Source of the DNA: a bacterium
GTDB lineage: Bacteria; Margulisbacteria; WOR-1; O2-12-FULL-45-9; XYB2-FULL-48-7
Length of the DNA stretch: 64,000 bases
Assembly: GCA_043812655.1 (NCBI GenBank)
Contig: JBDRLW010000003.1
Coordinates: 32,001 to 96,000, forward strand
Reading direction: 5' to 3'
Part shown: piece by piece, positions 48,754-56,433 of the stretch
How positions within the stretch are numbered: position 1 is the first letter of the stretch
How the letters are laid out: each line of letters opens with the position of its first letter
Position numbers and translations under genes: made by a program
The notes under the pieces: generated by a model
The model's database searches: none
What the model was told of the DNA's origin: nothing
Seen by the model: only the letters and a program-made list of their open reading frames with translations

Positions 48754-50841
48754 ATGGCAGCACCTGGACTTGACCTAAGGGATATCCGCAAACTTTTCTC
48801 GACCGGCGATTTCATGGTTGCCGGCGTTCTTGTTGTCATTATCGCTTTGATGCTGGTTCCCCTTCCCCCTTTCTTCCTGGATATTTTACTCACGATGAAC
48901 ATTGCTTTTTCACTTGTCATATTACTAGTGGCAATGTATCTAAAAGAGCCGCTGGAATTCGCCTCCTTCCCCTCGATCCTCTTGATAGTTACGGTCTTGC
49001 GCTTGGCCCTTAACATCGCGGCTTCCCGGCTCATCCTTTCTAATGCTTATGCCGGCCAAGTGGTCGAGGCTTTCGGTAATTTCGTCGTCGGCGGAAATTA
49101 TATCGTTGGCACGATCATTTTTATCATCATTACGATCGTTAATTTCGTTGTCATCACCAAAGGTTCGGAGCGGGTAGCCGAAGTTGCCGCCCGGTTCACC
49201 TTGGACGCGATGCCCGGCAAACAAATGTCGATCGATGCCGATCTCAACGCCGGACTGATCGACGCGACCGAAGCCCGGGGAAGACGGCGGAAGATAGAAC
49301 AAGAGGCAACTTTCTTTGGCAGTATGGACGGTGCCAATAAATTTGTCCGTGGAGACTCTATTGCCGGCATCATTATCGTCATAGTAAATATTTTGGGTGG
49401 TGTCCTGGTCGGCTGGCTTCAGCTAGGGATGGCTCCGCTGGAAGCCCTCTCAATCTATGCCCTGTTGACCATTGGCGCCGGGCTGATCGCCCAGGTTACC
49501 GCCCTGCTTATCTCGATCGGCACCGGTTTAGTCATTACCAAATCTGCCTCGGAGCTTAGCCTTGGCAACGACGTCTCCAAACAACTTTTTGCCCAGCCAA
49601 GAGCTTTCGCTTTCGTCTGTCTGATCCTTGGCATCTTTGCGATGATCCCGGGATTGCCAACTGTCCCCTTTTTAATAATGGCGTCAGCTTCCGGCGCCTT
49701 AGCGCTTGTCTTACTGCGCGCCCAATCGGCGTCAGAAGAAGCAAAGGTCGTGACCGAAGAGGTCTCCGCCAAAGATGTCCTGAAAAAACCGGAAAGCATC
49801 CTTGGCACGCTCGGGCTTGATCCGCTCTCCCTAAAAGCGGGGCGTAATTTGATCCCGCTGATCGACCCTGGCCAAAAAGGCCCGCTGCTTGAGCGGATCA
49901 CTTTGATCCGTTACAACATCGGCCAGGAGCTTGGGTTTGTCATCCCCGGAGTCCGGGTCATGGATGACCTGAGCCTGCCGCCGCAGCAGTATACCGTTGA
50001 GATCCGAGGGACCAAAGTCTCGAACGGTGAAGCTTATGTCGGCAGCCATCTAATTGATATGTCGCTCGCCCAAGCCAAGGCCAAAAAACTTTCTGGCATT
50101 GAAGCCAAGGACCCATTATCAAATGACCTGGTCACTTGGGTGCCGGATGATCTTCTTCCCCAACTGCAAAAGCTGGGGATCACCGCTAAGCCACCAGTTG
50201 ATGTCATCTCCGACCATTTCTCGGAGATCGTAAAGCGTTACGCCGACGAAATAATGACGAGGCAAAATGTCCAGTCGCTCATTGAATTAGTTAAAAATAA
50301 TAATGCCGCGATCGTCCGCGAGCTTATCCCCGACCTCTTATCTCTCGGCCAAGTGCATAAAGTCTTGCAGCTCTTGGTCAGGGAGCGCGTTTCTATCCGC
50401 GACCTGTCAACGATCCTTGAACGTTTAGCTGATTATGCCCATCTTTCAAGAGATATTAATATTTTGGCCGAATACGTCAGGCAATCGCTGGCAAGGCAAA
50501 TATGCGAAGCTTACACGGATAAGAAAGGGGTTATTACGGTCGTCACCATCGATCCGGGCTTGGAAGAAACCTTGATCGGTTCGATCCACCAATCAGAGTA
50601 TGGTTCTTTCTTGGCGGTCGATCCCAATGTCGGCGAAAAGATATTGGTCCAAATTTCCGGCCACATCCAAAACTTTAAACGCTTAAAACTTAAGCCGGTC
50701 ATCCTTTGCTCCCCAAGATTACGGCCGCACTTTAAACGCTTTATAGAAAGAAGCTATCCTGACCTGGCCGTCCTTTCTTATAATGAAATTGTCCCGCAAG
50801 TCAAAGTCCAATCGATCGGCATGATCGGGGTCGAGTCATAA
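48754..50841 (+). CDS. flhA: Export apparatus protein FlhA
   Basis: RVAEVAARFTLDAMPGKQMSIDADL, GSMDGANKFVRGD, VLSYNEI. Confidence 0.95.
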   Translation: MAAPGLDLRDIRKLFSTGDFMVAGVLVVIIALMLVPLPPFFLDILLTMNIAFSLVILLVAMYLKEPLEFASFPSILLIVTVLRLALNIAASRLILSNAYAGQVVEAFGNFVVGGNYIVGTIIFIIITIVNFVVITKGSERVAEVAARFTLDAMPGKQMSIDADLNAGLIDATEARGRRRKIEQEATFFGSMDGANKFVRGDSIAGIIIVIVNILGGVLVGWLQLGMAPLEALSIYALLTIGAGLIAQVTALLISIGTGLVITKSASELSLGNDVSKQLFAQPRAFAFVCLILGIFAMIPGLPTVPFLIMASASGALALVLLRAQSASEEAKVVTEEVSAKDVLKKPESILGTLGLDPLSLKAGRNLIPLIDPGQKGPLLERITLIRYNIGQELGFVIPGVRVMDDLSLPPQQYTVEIRGTKVSNGEAYVGSHLIDMSLAQAKAKKLSGIEAKDPLSNDLVTWVPDDLLPQLQKLGITAKPPVDVISDHFSEIVKRYADEIMTRQNVQSLIELVKNNNAAIVRELIPDLLSLGQVHKVLQLLVRERVSIRDLSTILERLADYAHLSRDINILAEYVRQSLARQICEAYTDKKGVITVVTIDPGLEETLIGSIHQSEYGSFLAVDPNVGEKILVQISGHIQNFKRLKLKPVILCSPRLRPHFKRFIERSYPDLAVLSYNEIVPQVKVQSIGMIGVES

Positions 50842-50844
50842 ATG

Positions 50845-50873
50845 TTTACAATTCCCCCCGCCTTTGCTACAAT
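50845..50873 (+). promoter_or_regulatory. Sigma70 promoter for the small ORF plus sigma gene
   Basis: TTTACA-17 nt-TACAAT with extended TG. Confidence 0.6.
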
Positions 50874-50882
50874 ATCAAGGCC

Positions 50883-51092
50883 TTGACAATACGACGGATA
50901 GACCAATCAAAATCAAAAGAGTTACGGAAGATCGGCCGCGCCGGCATAGAAGATGCCCCGCCAGCCGGTATCTCTCCAGTTTTACGGGCTTCCTGGCGCT
51001 TTGCCAGGGACACAGCCGAAAGATTTAATAAGGAACTGCTAAACGACCGGACAAAAGAATTCCTTAAAAGTTTAGCTAGAAAGTTCTCATGA
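50883..51092 (+). CDS. Small basic hypothetical protein coupled to the sigma gene
   Basis: 69 aa, TTG start after the promoter, ATGA overlap with the sigma gene. Confidence 0.5.
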   Translation: MTIRRIDQSKSKELRKIGRAGIEDAPPAGISPVLRASWRFARDTAERFNKELLNDRTKEFLKSLARKFS

Positions 51093-51679
51093 CCACGCGC
51101 CGTGAAGTTGAAGACCGCATAGTCTCCCTTATCCGCGAACAATTCCTAAAGCATAGCGATGAAACGCTTGAAAAATATAAGAACCAGATCAATGCTACCG
51201 TTAGATGGTATGTCTCCACCCTGCCCCGCCATATCGCTTCTTCGGAGGCGCATGACCTGGAATCGGAAGCCAAGATCGCGTTCGTCGAATGTTTAAAGAC
51301 CTGGGACCCGCGGAAAGGCAATTTGTGGACGTATGTCTCGGTCCGCCTCAAAGGCTCGATGCAGGATTACCTCCGCAAGCGCGGCGGCGACCCGGTGGCC
51401 GGCCTGTACGAATTCGTCGCTTCGGCCGCCAATGTCTACATGGCTTTTAACAAGAAGAATATTGTCCATGAAGAAGTCGATAAGCTCTCAAACCTGGATT
51501 CGGTCATGAAAGACTTTTCAAACAAAGAAAAAACCGTGCTGGAAAATTATTATCAGAATGACAAGACCTTTAAAGAGATAGGCAAAGAGATCGGCCTTTC
51601 CGAATCGCAAGTTTCGCGCATTTGCAAAGAAGCCACTCTCAAATTGAAAAAAGGTTTAAAAGCCGAAGACGAAGAATAA
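51089..51679 (+). CDS. FliA/WhiG-like sigma factor, short (regions 2 and 4)
   Basis: WDPRKGNLWTYVSVRLKGSMQDYLRK (region 2); TFKEIGKEIGLSESQVSRI (region 4). Confidence 0.8.
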   Translation: MTTRREVEDRIVSLIREQFLKHSDETLEKYKNQINATVRWYVSTLPRHIASSEAHDLESEAKIAFVECLKTWDPRKGNLWTYVSVRLKGSMQDYLRKRGGDPVAGLYEFVASAANVYMAFNKKNIVHEEVDKLSNLDSVMKDFSNKEKTVLENYYQNDKTFKEIGKEIGLSESQVSRICKEATLKLKKGLKAEDEE

Positions 51680-51708
51680 TTGGGGCCCCCAGGATCAGAG
51701 GCCCCAAT
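51679..51708. terminator. Hairpin between convergent genes
   Basis: attggggcc...ggccccaat. Confidence 0.45.
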
Positions 51709-51725
51709 CGCTAGTCACTCCCCAG

Positions 51726-51950
51726 TTATTTCACGCAATGAGTTTTACTTTTGTGACAATTTTTTGGACAACCGCAATCACGGCATTTTTTAGCAGGATC
51801 GCATTTGGTTTTGTCACAAGTTTGGCAGAGCTTCACTGGACAATTGCCGGCCTGGCATTTGGCAAGAACTGGTTCTTTTACCGCGGCCAGAGCAACGCTT
51901 CCGCCTAAGATCAAAGCCAAGAGAAGTGAAGACAATATCGTTTTTTTCAT
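51726..51950 (-). CDS. Small secreted Cys-rich protein
   Basis: Signal peptide, 10 Cys in the mature part, AGGAGG RBS. Confidence 0.7.
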   Translation of the reverse strand: MKKTILSSLLLALILGGSVALAAVKEPVLAKCQAGNCPVKLCQTCDKTKCDPAKKCRDCGCPKNCHKSKTHCVK

Positions 51951-52000
51951 AAGAGACCTCCTAAATTTTATTTGATCAGGATCAGTACAAATGGCTGGTC

Positions 52001-52312
52001 TTAAGCTAAAGGCGGGCCATTGGGAGGGTGCAAGATCTTATTTTGCACCGAAGAATAGAGAGGAGCTATTTCTCTGACTTTAAAAAGAGCCGAAATTTTT
52101 AAGATCGGCATGGCTTTATTCGAAGCGGCAAGGCTAGTTAAATGCAGCGTTGGCGTTTCAAATTGGCTATCGGCTACTTTATCTTGCGCCGACTCCATCG
52201 AGCATTGGTTGGTTTCATGATGGCAACAATTACAATGGGTTTGCGTATAACAGACCGGCTGGCTAATTAAAAAAAACGGCAAAAGATAGGCAAGGCACAT
52301 CTTTTTAAGCAT
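52001..52312 (-). CDS. Small Cys/His-rich hypothetical protein
   Basis: HCNCCHH motif and C-terminal HPPNGPP. Confidence 0.5.
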   Translation of the reverse strand: MLKKMCLAYLLPFFLISQPVCYTQTHCNCCHHETNQCSMESAQDKVADSQFETPTLHLTSLAASNKAMPILKISALFKVREIAPLYSSVQNKILHPPNGPPLA

Positions 52313-52431
52313 GTTATAAGTGTAGGCATTAAAACTGATAAAAGCAAGGGTTTACAGACAAATCTTGAGTTGTTTAATGATGATCAATGTTGTCGCTGCC
52401 AATCTTTTAGTGTAAAATGATGACTTATCAT

Positions 52432-52504
52432 GCGGGAGTAGCTCAGCTGGTAGAGCTTCTGCTTCCCAAGCAGACGGTCGCGGGTTCGAACCCCGTCTCC
52501 CGCT
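52432..52504 (+). tRNA. tRNA-Gly(CCC)
   Basis: GCGGGAG/CTCCCGC, tctgc-ttCCCaa-gcaga, GGTTCGAACCC. Confidence 0.94.
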
Positions 52505-52512
52505 TTTTTATT

Positions 52513-52583
52513 GGCGGCATGGCCGAGTGGTTAGGCAGCGGTCTGCAAAACCGTTTACTCCAGTTCAAATCTGGATGCCGCCT
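52513..52583 (+). tRNA. tRNA-Cys(GCA)
   Basis: GGCGGCA/TGCCGCC, gcggt-ctGCAaa-accgt, GTTCAAATC. Confidence 0.94.
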
Positions 52584-52606
52584 TGTGTTATAATTATTGT
52601 ATTGAT

Positions 52607-52975
52607 GCGCGCTTAGTCCCGACGATTCGACTTGCGTCGAATGTCGGGATCCCGATTTCCGCTGTAAGCGGAACATCGGGACTCAGCTGGTTAGAGTACT
52701 TGTCCCGATGGTCATTAGAATAGATAGTAATGGAATCATCGGGATCCCGAGGCTGAAGCTACCATTATTGCGCGCGCGCTTAGCTCAGCTGGTTAGAGTA
52801 CTTGCTTGACAGGCAAGGGGTCACAGGTTCGAAACCTGTAGCGCGCAATAATGGATTAGTTTACTCGGGACTTGACAGGTGCCTTGACTTAGCTCGGCAC
52901 AGGCAAGGGGTCACAGGTTCGCCTGCCCCGAGCGAGGAACGAAGTGACGAGTCGAGGGGAAACCTGTAGCGCGCA
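52607..52975 (+). pseudogene. Outer tRNA-Val(GAC) split into five segments by four inserts, one carrying the intact gene
   Basis: Segments 52607-16, 52682-702, 52871-79, 52904-21 and 52960-75 concatenate to a sequence identical to 52774-52847. Confidence 0.9.
52774..52847 (+). tRNA. tRNA-Val(GAC), CCA not encoded
   Basis: GCGCGCT/AGCGCGC, cttgc-ttGACag-gcaag, GGTTCGAAACC. Confidence 0.94.
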
Positions 52976-52981
52976 TTTTTA

Positions 52982-53585
52982 TTACCCCGCTCGCTGGAAG
53001 GCGTAAAACTCTCCACCATTAAAACAACCCCTATCTGTAAAATCTCTTGGTGGGAAAAGTCGGTCATTACTGCAACGACAAGAAATTATCCAGGTCCCCG
53101 GTTTTAATTCCAATAAAGCTTTTCCCATTAAGGGAAAAAAATCATGGCAAAAAGGCAAAAAAAAAGGAAACCACATTAAAAGTACAAAGGTCCGCTTCTA
53201 AGAAATCTTGGTTACGAAACGTAATATTGCGGACGTCAAAGCTAGCCCTGATCTCTTCGGCCGCATTGTAAATGTCAAGATCAATTTCAAATCCGGTCAC
53301 TCTCATAAACCGGGTCGCGGCATAAAAGGCATCCAAACCAAAACCGGTCCCTAAAATCCCTAAAGATTGACCGGTCCCTAGTCCTAATTCGTCAACATAA
53401 GTCACAAAATGGTCGACCGGCATCGCCCAGTAAATCGCGTCCCGCGGCCCCGCTGTCCCAAAAACTCGATTATCAAGCGAGGGGTTAAAACCACTTTTTT
53501 GATAGACATAATCACGCTCGGCGTTATGGACCGCTTGTTTGATCGCCGGTAATTTTTTCCTGTCCAATAATCTCCCAACTCTCAT
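52982..53585 (-). pseudogene. Class I SAM methyltransferase frameshifted at a T9 tract
   Basis: LGTGFG, GFEID, NQDFL in 53142-53585; continuation ELKPGTWIIS in another frame after the A9 run at 53157-53165. Confidence 0.7.
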
Positions 53586-53591
53586 GATTTT

Positions 53592-53618
53592 TTATCGGTG
53601 GTTTCTTTTGGGGATTTC
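53592..53618 (-). promoter_or_regulatory. Sigma28/FliA-like promoter
   Basis: Minus strand GAAA-N15-ACCGATAA, 6 nt before the ATG. Confidence 0.55.
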
Positions 53619-53689
53619 AAGTAATATTACTTTTTACAATAGAAGATAGAATTTTTTTGGCAGATGTTCTATAATTCACTCAAGTTATA

Positions 53690-55069
53690 ATGAGTTTAGA
53701 AGCAATTCGACAAATTATTTTGATGACCGGCTGGCCGATCCTCGCGACCGGCAGTGTTTTATTATTTTTCCTCGCTTATAAATTTTATTTGGATGTGAAC
53801 CGGGTCGCCCTGGGCAAATTGGTCATGATTATGACCTCGGGCTGGCTGGTCACAATGTATTCCCTGGGCGTTGTCGCGACTTTAGCCATGTTTCTTGATG
53901 TCAGGCAAGGGGTCTTTGTCGTTTTCCCCATCTTTTTAGTCTGGGCGATAACCATGGTCCTGCTTTCGGCTAATGTATTCCAATGGTCGCGCAAAACCGT
54001 TGATATCAATAATTTCTATCAGGACATTGAAAGAAAATACCAATTAATATTTGATATTTCTCCCGAAGCAATCCTGCTTTTGGATGTTAACGGCAATGTT
54101 ATCACTGCCAATAAGCGCTTGGAAGAATGGGTCAATTATCGGACTGAAAACATTCTTGGGTCAAAATTAACCGGCCTTAATTTTATTACCGAAAAAAGCC
54201 GCGAACTGATCAATCAAAACTTTAACCGCCGGTTAAAAGGCGAAATCCTTCAGCCCTACCAAATAGAGATCATTGCCCGTGACGGCTCGCATAAATACTG
54301 GCGGGTGATCGACACTATGGTCCATAATGATAAAGGACAGCCGCTTAATAGCCTGACCATGATAAGCGATGTCACCAAACAGGTGGAGATCGAAAAATTG
54401 CATGATGACCTCATTCACATGATCGTGCACGATCTTAAAAATCCTTTGTCCGCTATCTCCGGCACAGCTGATCTATTCCTTTCTGGTACCGCTTGCCAAT
54501 TTGATGAGAAGCAAAAGAACCTGGTCGAAAATATCGATTTCGCCGCCAAAAAGATGACCAACCTGGTCATGGACCTATTACAGGTCAAACAAACAGAAGA
54601 AAATAAACTAGTCTTAAATAAAACTACTTTCCCTGCCACAGAGCTGCTGCAAAATATTAGTTGGCTCAAACAATATTCGGAAAAACAAGAACGGCGGTTA
54701 AAGGCCGAGATTCCTGCCGATCTAATGATCACCGCTGATAAAAATCTTGTGGGCCGTATCTTGGAGAATTTGCTTTCCAATGCCATTAAACATACTCCAG
54801 CCAACGGGGAAATAAATCTTCGGATCAAAAAAGACGGTGAACGGATTAACTTTGAGGTCCAAGATGCTGGCGAAGGCATCCCCAAAGAATATCTGGACAG
54901 AATTTTTAACAAATTTTTCAAGGTCGAAGGCCAGATCCAGTCAACTAAAATTGACACTGGCTTAGGCTTGACCTTTTGTAAAATGGCCGTGGAGGCCCAT
55001 GGCGGAGAGATTGGAGTGGCCAGTGAGCCTGGCAAGGGATCGCGTTTTTACTTCTATCTGCCGGTTTGA
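53690..55069 (+). CDS. Membrane PAS-domain sensor histidine kinase
   Basis: N-terminal TMs, PAS domain, HDLKNPL H-box, NAIKH, DAGEGI, GLGL. Confidence 0.92.
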   Translation: MSLEAIRQIILMTGWPILATGSVLLFFLAYKFYLDVNRVALGKLVMIMTSGWLVTMYSLGVVATLAMFLDVRQGVFVVFPIFLVWAITMVLLSANVFQWSRKTVDINNFYQDIERKYQLIFDISPEAILLLDVNGNVITANKRLEEWVNYRTENILGSKLTGLNFITEKSRELINQNFNRRLKGEILQPYQIEIIARDGSHKYWRVIDTMVHNDKGQPLNSLTMISDVTKQVEIEKLHDDLIHMIVHDLKNPLSAISGTADLFLSGTACQFDEKQKNLVENIDFAAKKMTNLVMDLLQVKQTEENKLVLNKTTFPATELLQNISWLKQYSEKQERRLKAEIPADLMITADKNLVGRILENLLSNAIKHTPANGEINLRIKKDGERINFEVQDAGEGIPKEYLDRIFNKFFKVEGQIQSTKIDTGLGLTFCKMAVEAHGGEIGVASEPGKGSRFYFYLPV

Positions 55070-55105
55070 CTCCGCTTCTCCCCTTCTGCTAAAATGATAG
55101 TTGTA

Positions 55106-55909
55106 ATGCCCATTCAGGAACAGTGCCGAATAATTGAGCAGAAAAAAGTCGGGCCAAGGCATTTCAAATTAACCCTTCTCTCGCCAAACATTACCTCACA
55201 AGCTAAACCCGGACAATTTGTAGAGGTTAAATGTTCTGATAATTATGAGCCCCTCCTCCGTCGCCCGATCAGCCTCCACAAGGTCAACTTAATTGATGGC
55301 ACTTTTGAACTTTTATATGAAGTGGTTGGCATTGGCACTGAATTATTAAGCAAATACAAAGCTGACCAAGAACTTGATATCTTGGGCCCGCTCGGTACCG
55401 GTTTTAAGATCGACCCAGCCAAAAAAGTCCACGTTCTAATTGGCGGCGGCATGGGCGTTGCGCCTTTGCTAGCTCTTGCAACGCAAATTACAAACAACAA
55501 ATTACAAATCACAAATGCCACTTACATTCTTCTAGGCGCAAGATCAAAAGACTTTGTCATAGAAGAAAAAACGTTCCGCAGTATGACAGACCAAATATTG
55601 GTTTCTACCGACGACGGAACTTACGGCAAAAAGGGTTTTATTTCGGACATCTTACTTGATTTACTCAACAACACCCTAACCCCTACCACCTACAACCTAA
55701 CCACTCTCTACGCCTGCGGCCCCAAGCCGATGCTCCGTGCCGTAGCCGAGATCGCCTACCAGAAAAAGATCGATTGCCAACTTTCGATGGAAGAGCGGAT
55801 GGCTTGCGGGATCGGTGCCTGTAAAGGGTGCGCGGTTAAGACCACCAATGGTTATAAAATGGCTTGCAAAGATGGCCCGGTTTTCGACTCGAAAGAGATA
55901 ATTTGGTGA
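55106..55909 (+). CDS. pyrK: Dihydroorotate dehydrogenase electron-transfer subunit
   Basis: PGQFV, LRRPIS, GGGMGVAP, MACGIGACKGC, CKDGPVF. Confidence 0.92.
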   Translation: MPIQEQCRIIEQKKVGPRHFKLTLLSPNITSQAKPGQFVEVKCSDNYEPLLRRPISLHKVNLIDGTFELLYEVVGIGTELLSKYKADQELDILGPLGTGFKIDPAKKVHVLIGGGMGVAPLLALATQITNNKLQITNATYILLGARSKDFVIEEKTFRSMTDQILVSTDDGTYGKKGFISDILLDLLNNTLTPTTYNLTTLYACGPKPMLRAVAEIAYQKKIDCQLSMEERMACGIGACKGCAVKTTNGYKMACKDGPVFDSKEIIW

Positions 55910-56419
55910 ACCTGAGAATGAATTCTCGGTTCCATTTAACGGATGCAAAAATAAATTTTCGCATCCTAGGAAACGATAAAAATGCTCTATCATTATAATT
56001 TCAGGACTTATTTAAGGAAACCGACCTTGGAAGATAAGGAAATAAGGTTATTTCTAAAAGAAATTTTCCTTGAAATATCCAAAGAAAAAGGTTTTGATAT
56101 TATCGAATGCGAAATACTATCGGAACATGTCCATATTTTAATTGAACACAGCTATACCTTAAGCACTTCGCAAGTCATGAAATTTTTGAAAGGTATTTCC
56201 GCAAGGAGACTTTTCCAGCAATATCCTACTAATAGGTTTGAACACAAAAAACTTTGGGGAAGATCATTTTTCGCCAAAAAGATCACTAATGAAGAAAAAG
56301 ATAATGTTATTGATTATATTAGGAACCAAAGAAATGAAGAAGGTATTGATAAAAGATTCTAAGGGTGCGAGAATTTATTCTCGCGGGCCCCTGAATAACC
56401 GCGAATTCATTCGCAGGTT
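55908..56419 (+). mobile_element. IS200/IS605-type (Y1 HUH) element without tnpB, bounded by hairpins, between pyrK and pyrD
   Basis: tnpA flanked by inner hairpins (55941-55966, 56362-56390) and outer inverted GAACC REPs (55908-55935, 56397-56419). Confidence 0.8.
55982..56362 (+). CDS. tnpA: IS200-like Y1 transposase
   Basis: EHVHIL (HUH), KGISAR, LWGRSFF, YIRNQ catalytic Tyr. Confidence 0.9.
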   Translation: MLYHYNFRTYLRKPTLEDKEIRLFLKEIFLEISKEKGFDIIECEILSEHVHILIEHSYTLSTSQVMKFLKGISARRLFQQYPTNRFEHKKLWGRSFFAKKITNEEKDNVIDYIRNQRNEEGIDKRF

Positions 56420-56433
56420 GGAGGGTTTTGAAC

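Noticed and set aside
52617..52870. TCCCG/CGGGA units as a CRISPR array
   Set aside because: The units are self-contained hairpins of unequal length and sequence, there is no constant direct repeat, and no cas genes are present.
55952..55979. Sigma28-like promoter before tnpA (TAAA...AACGATAA)
   Set aside because: Spacing is 16 rather than 15 and the site lies within the element's end hairpin.
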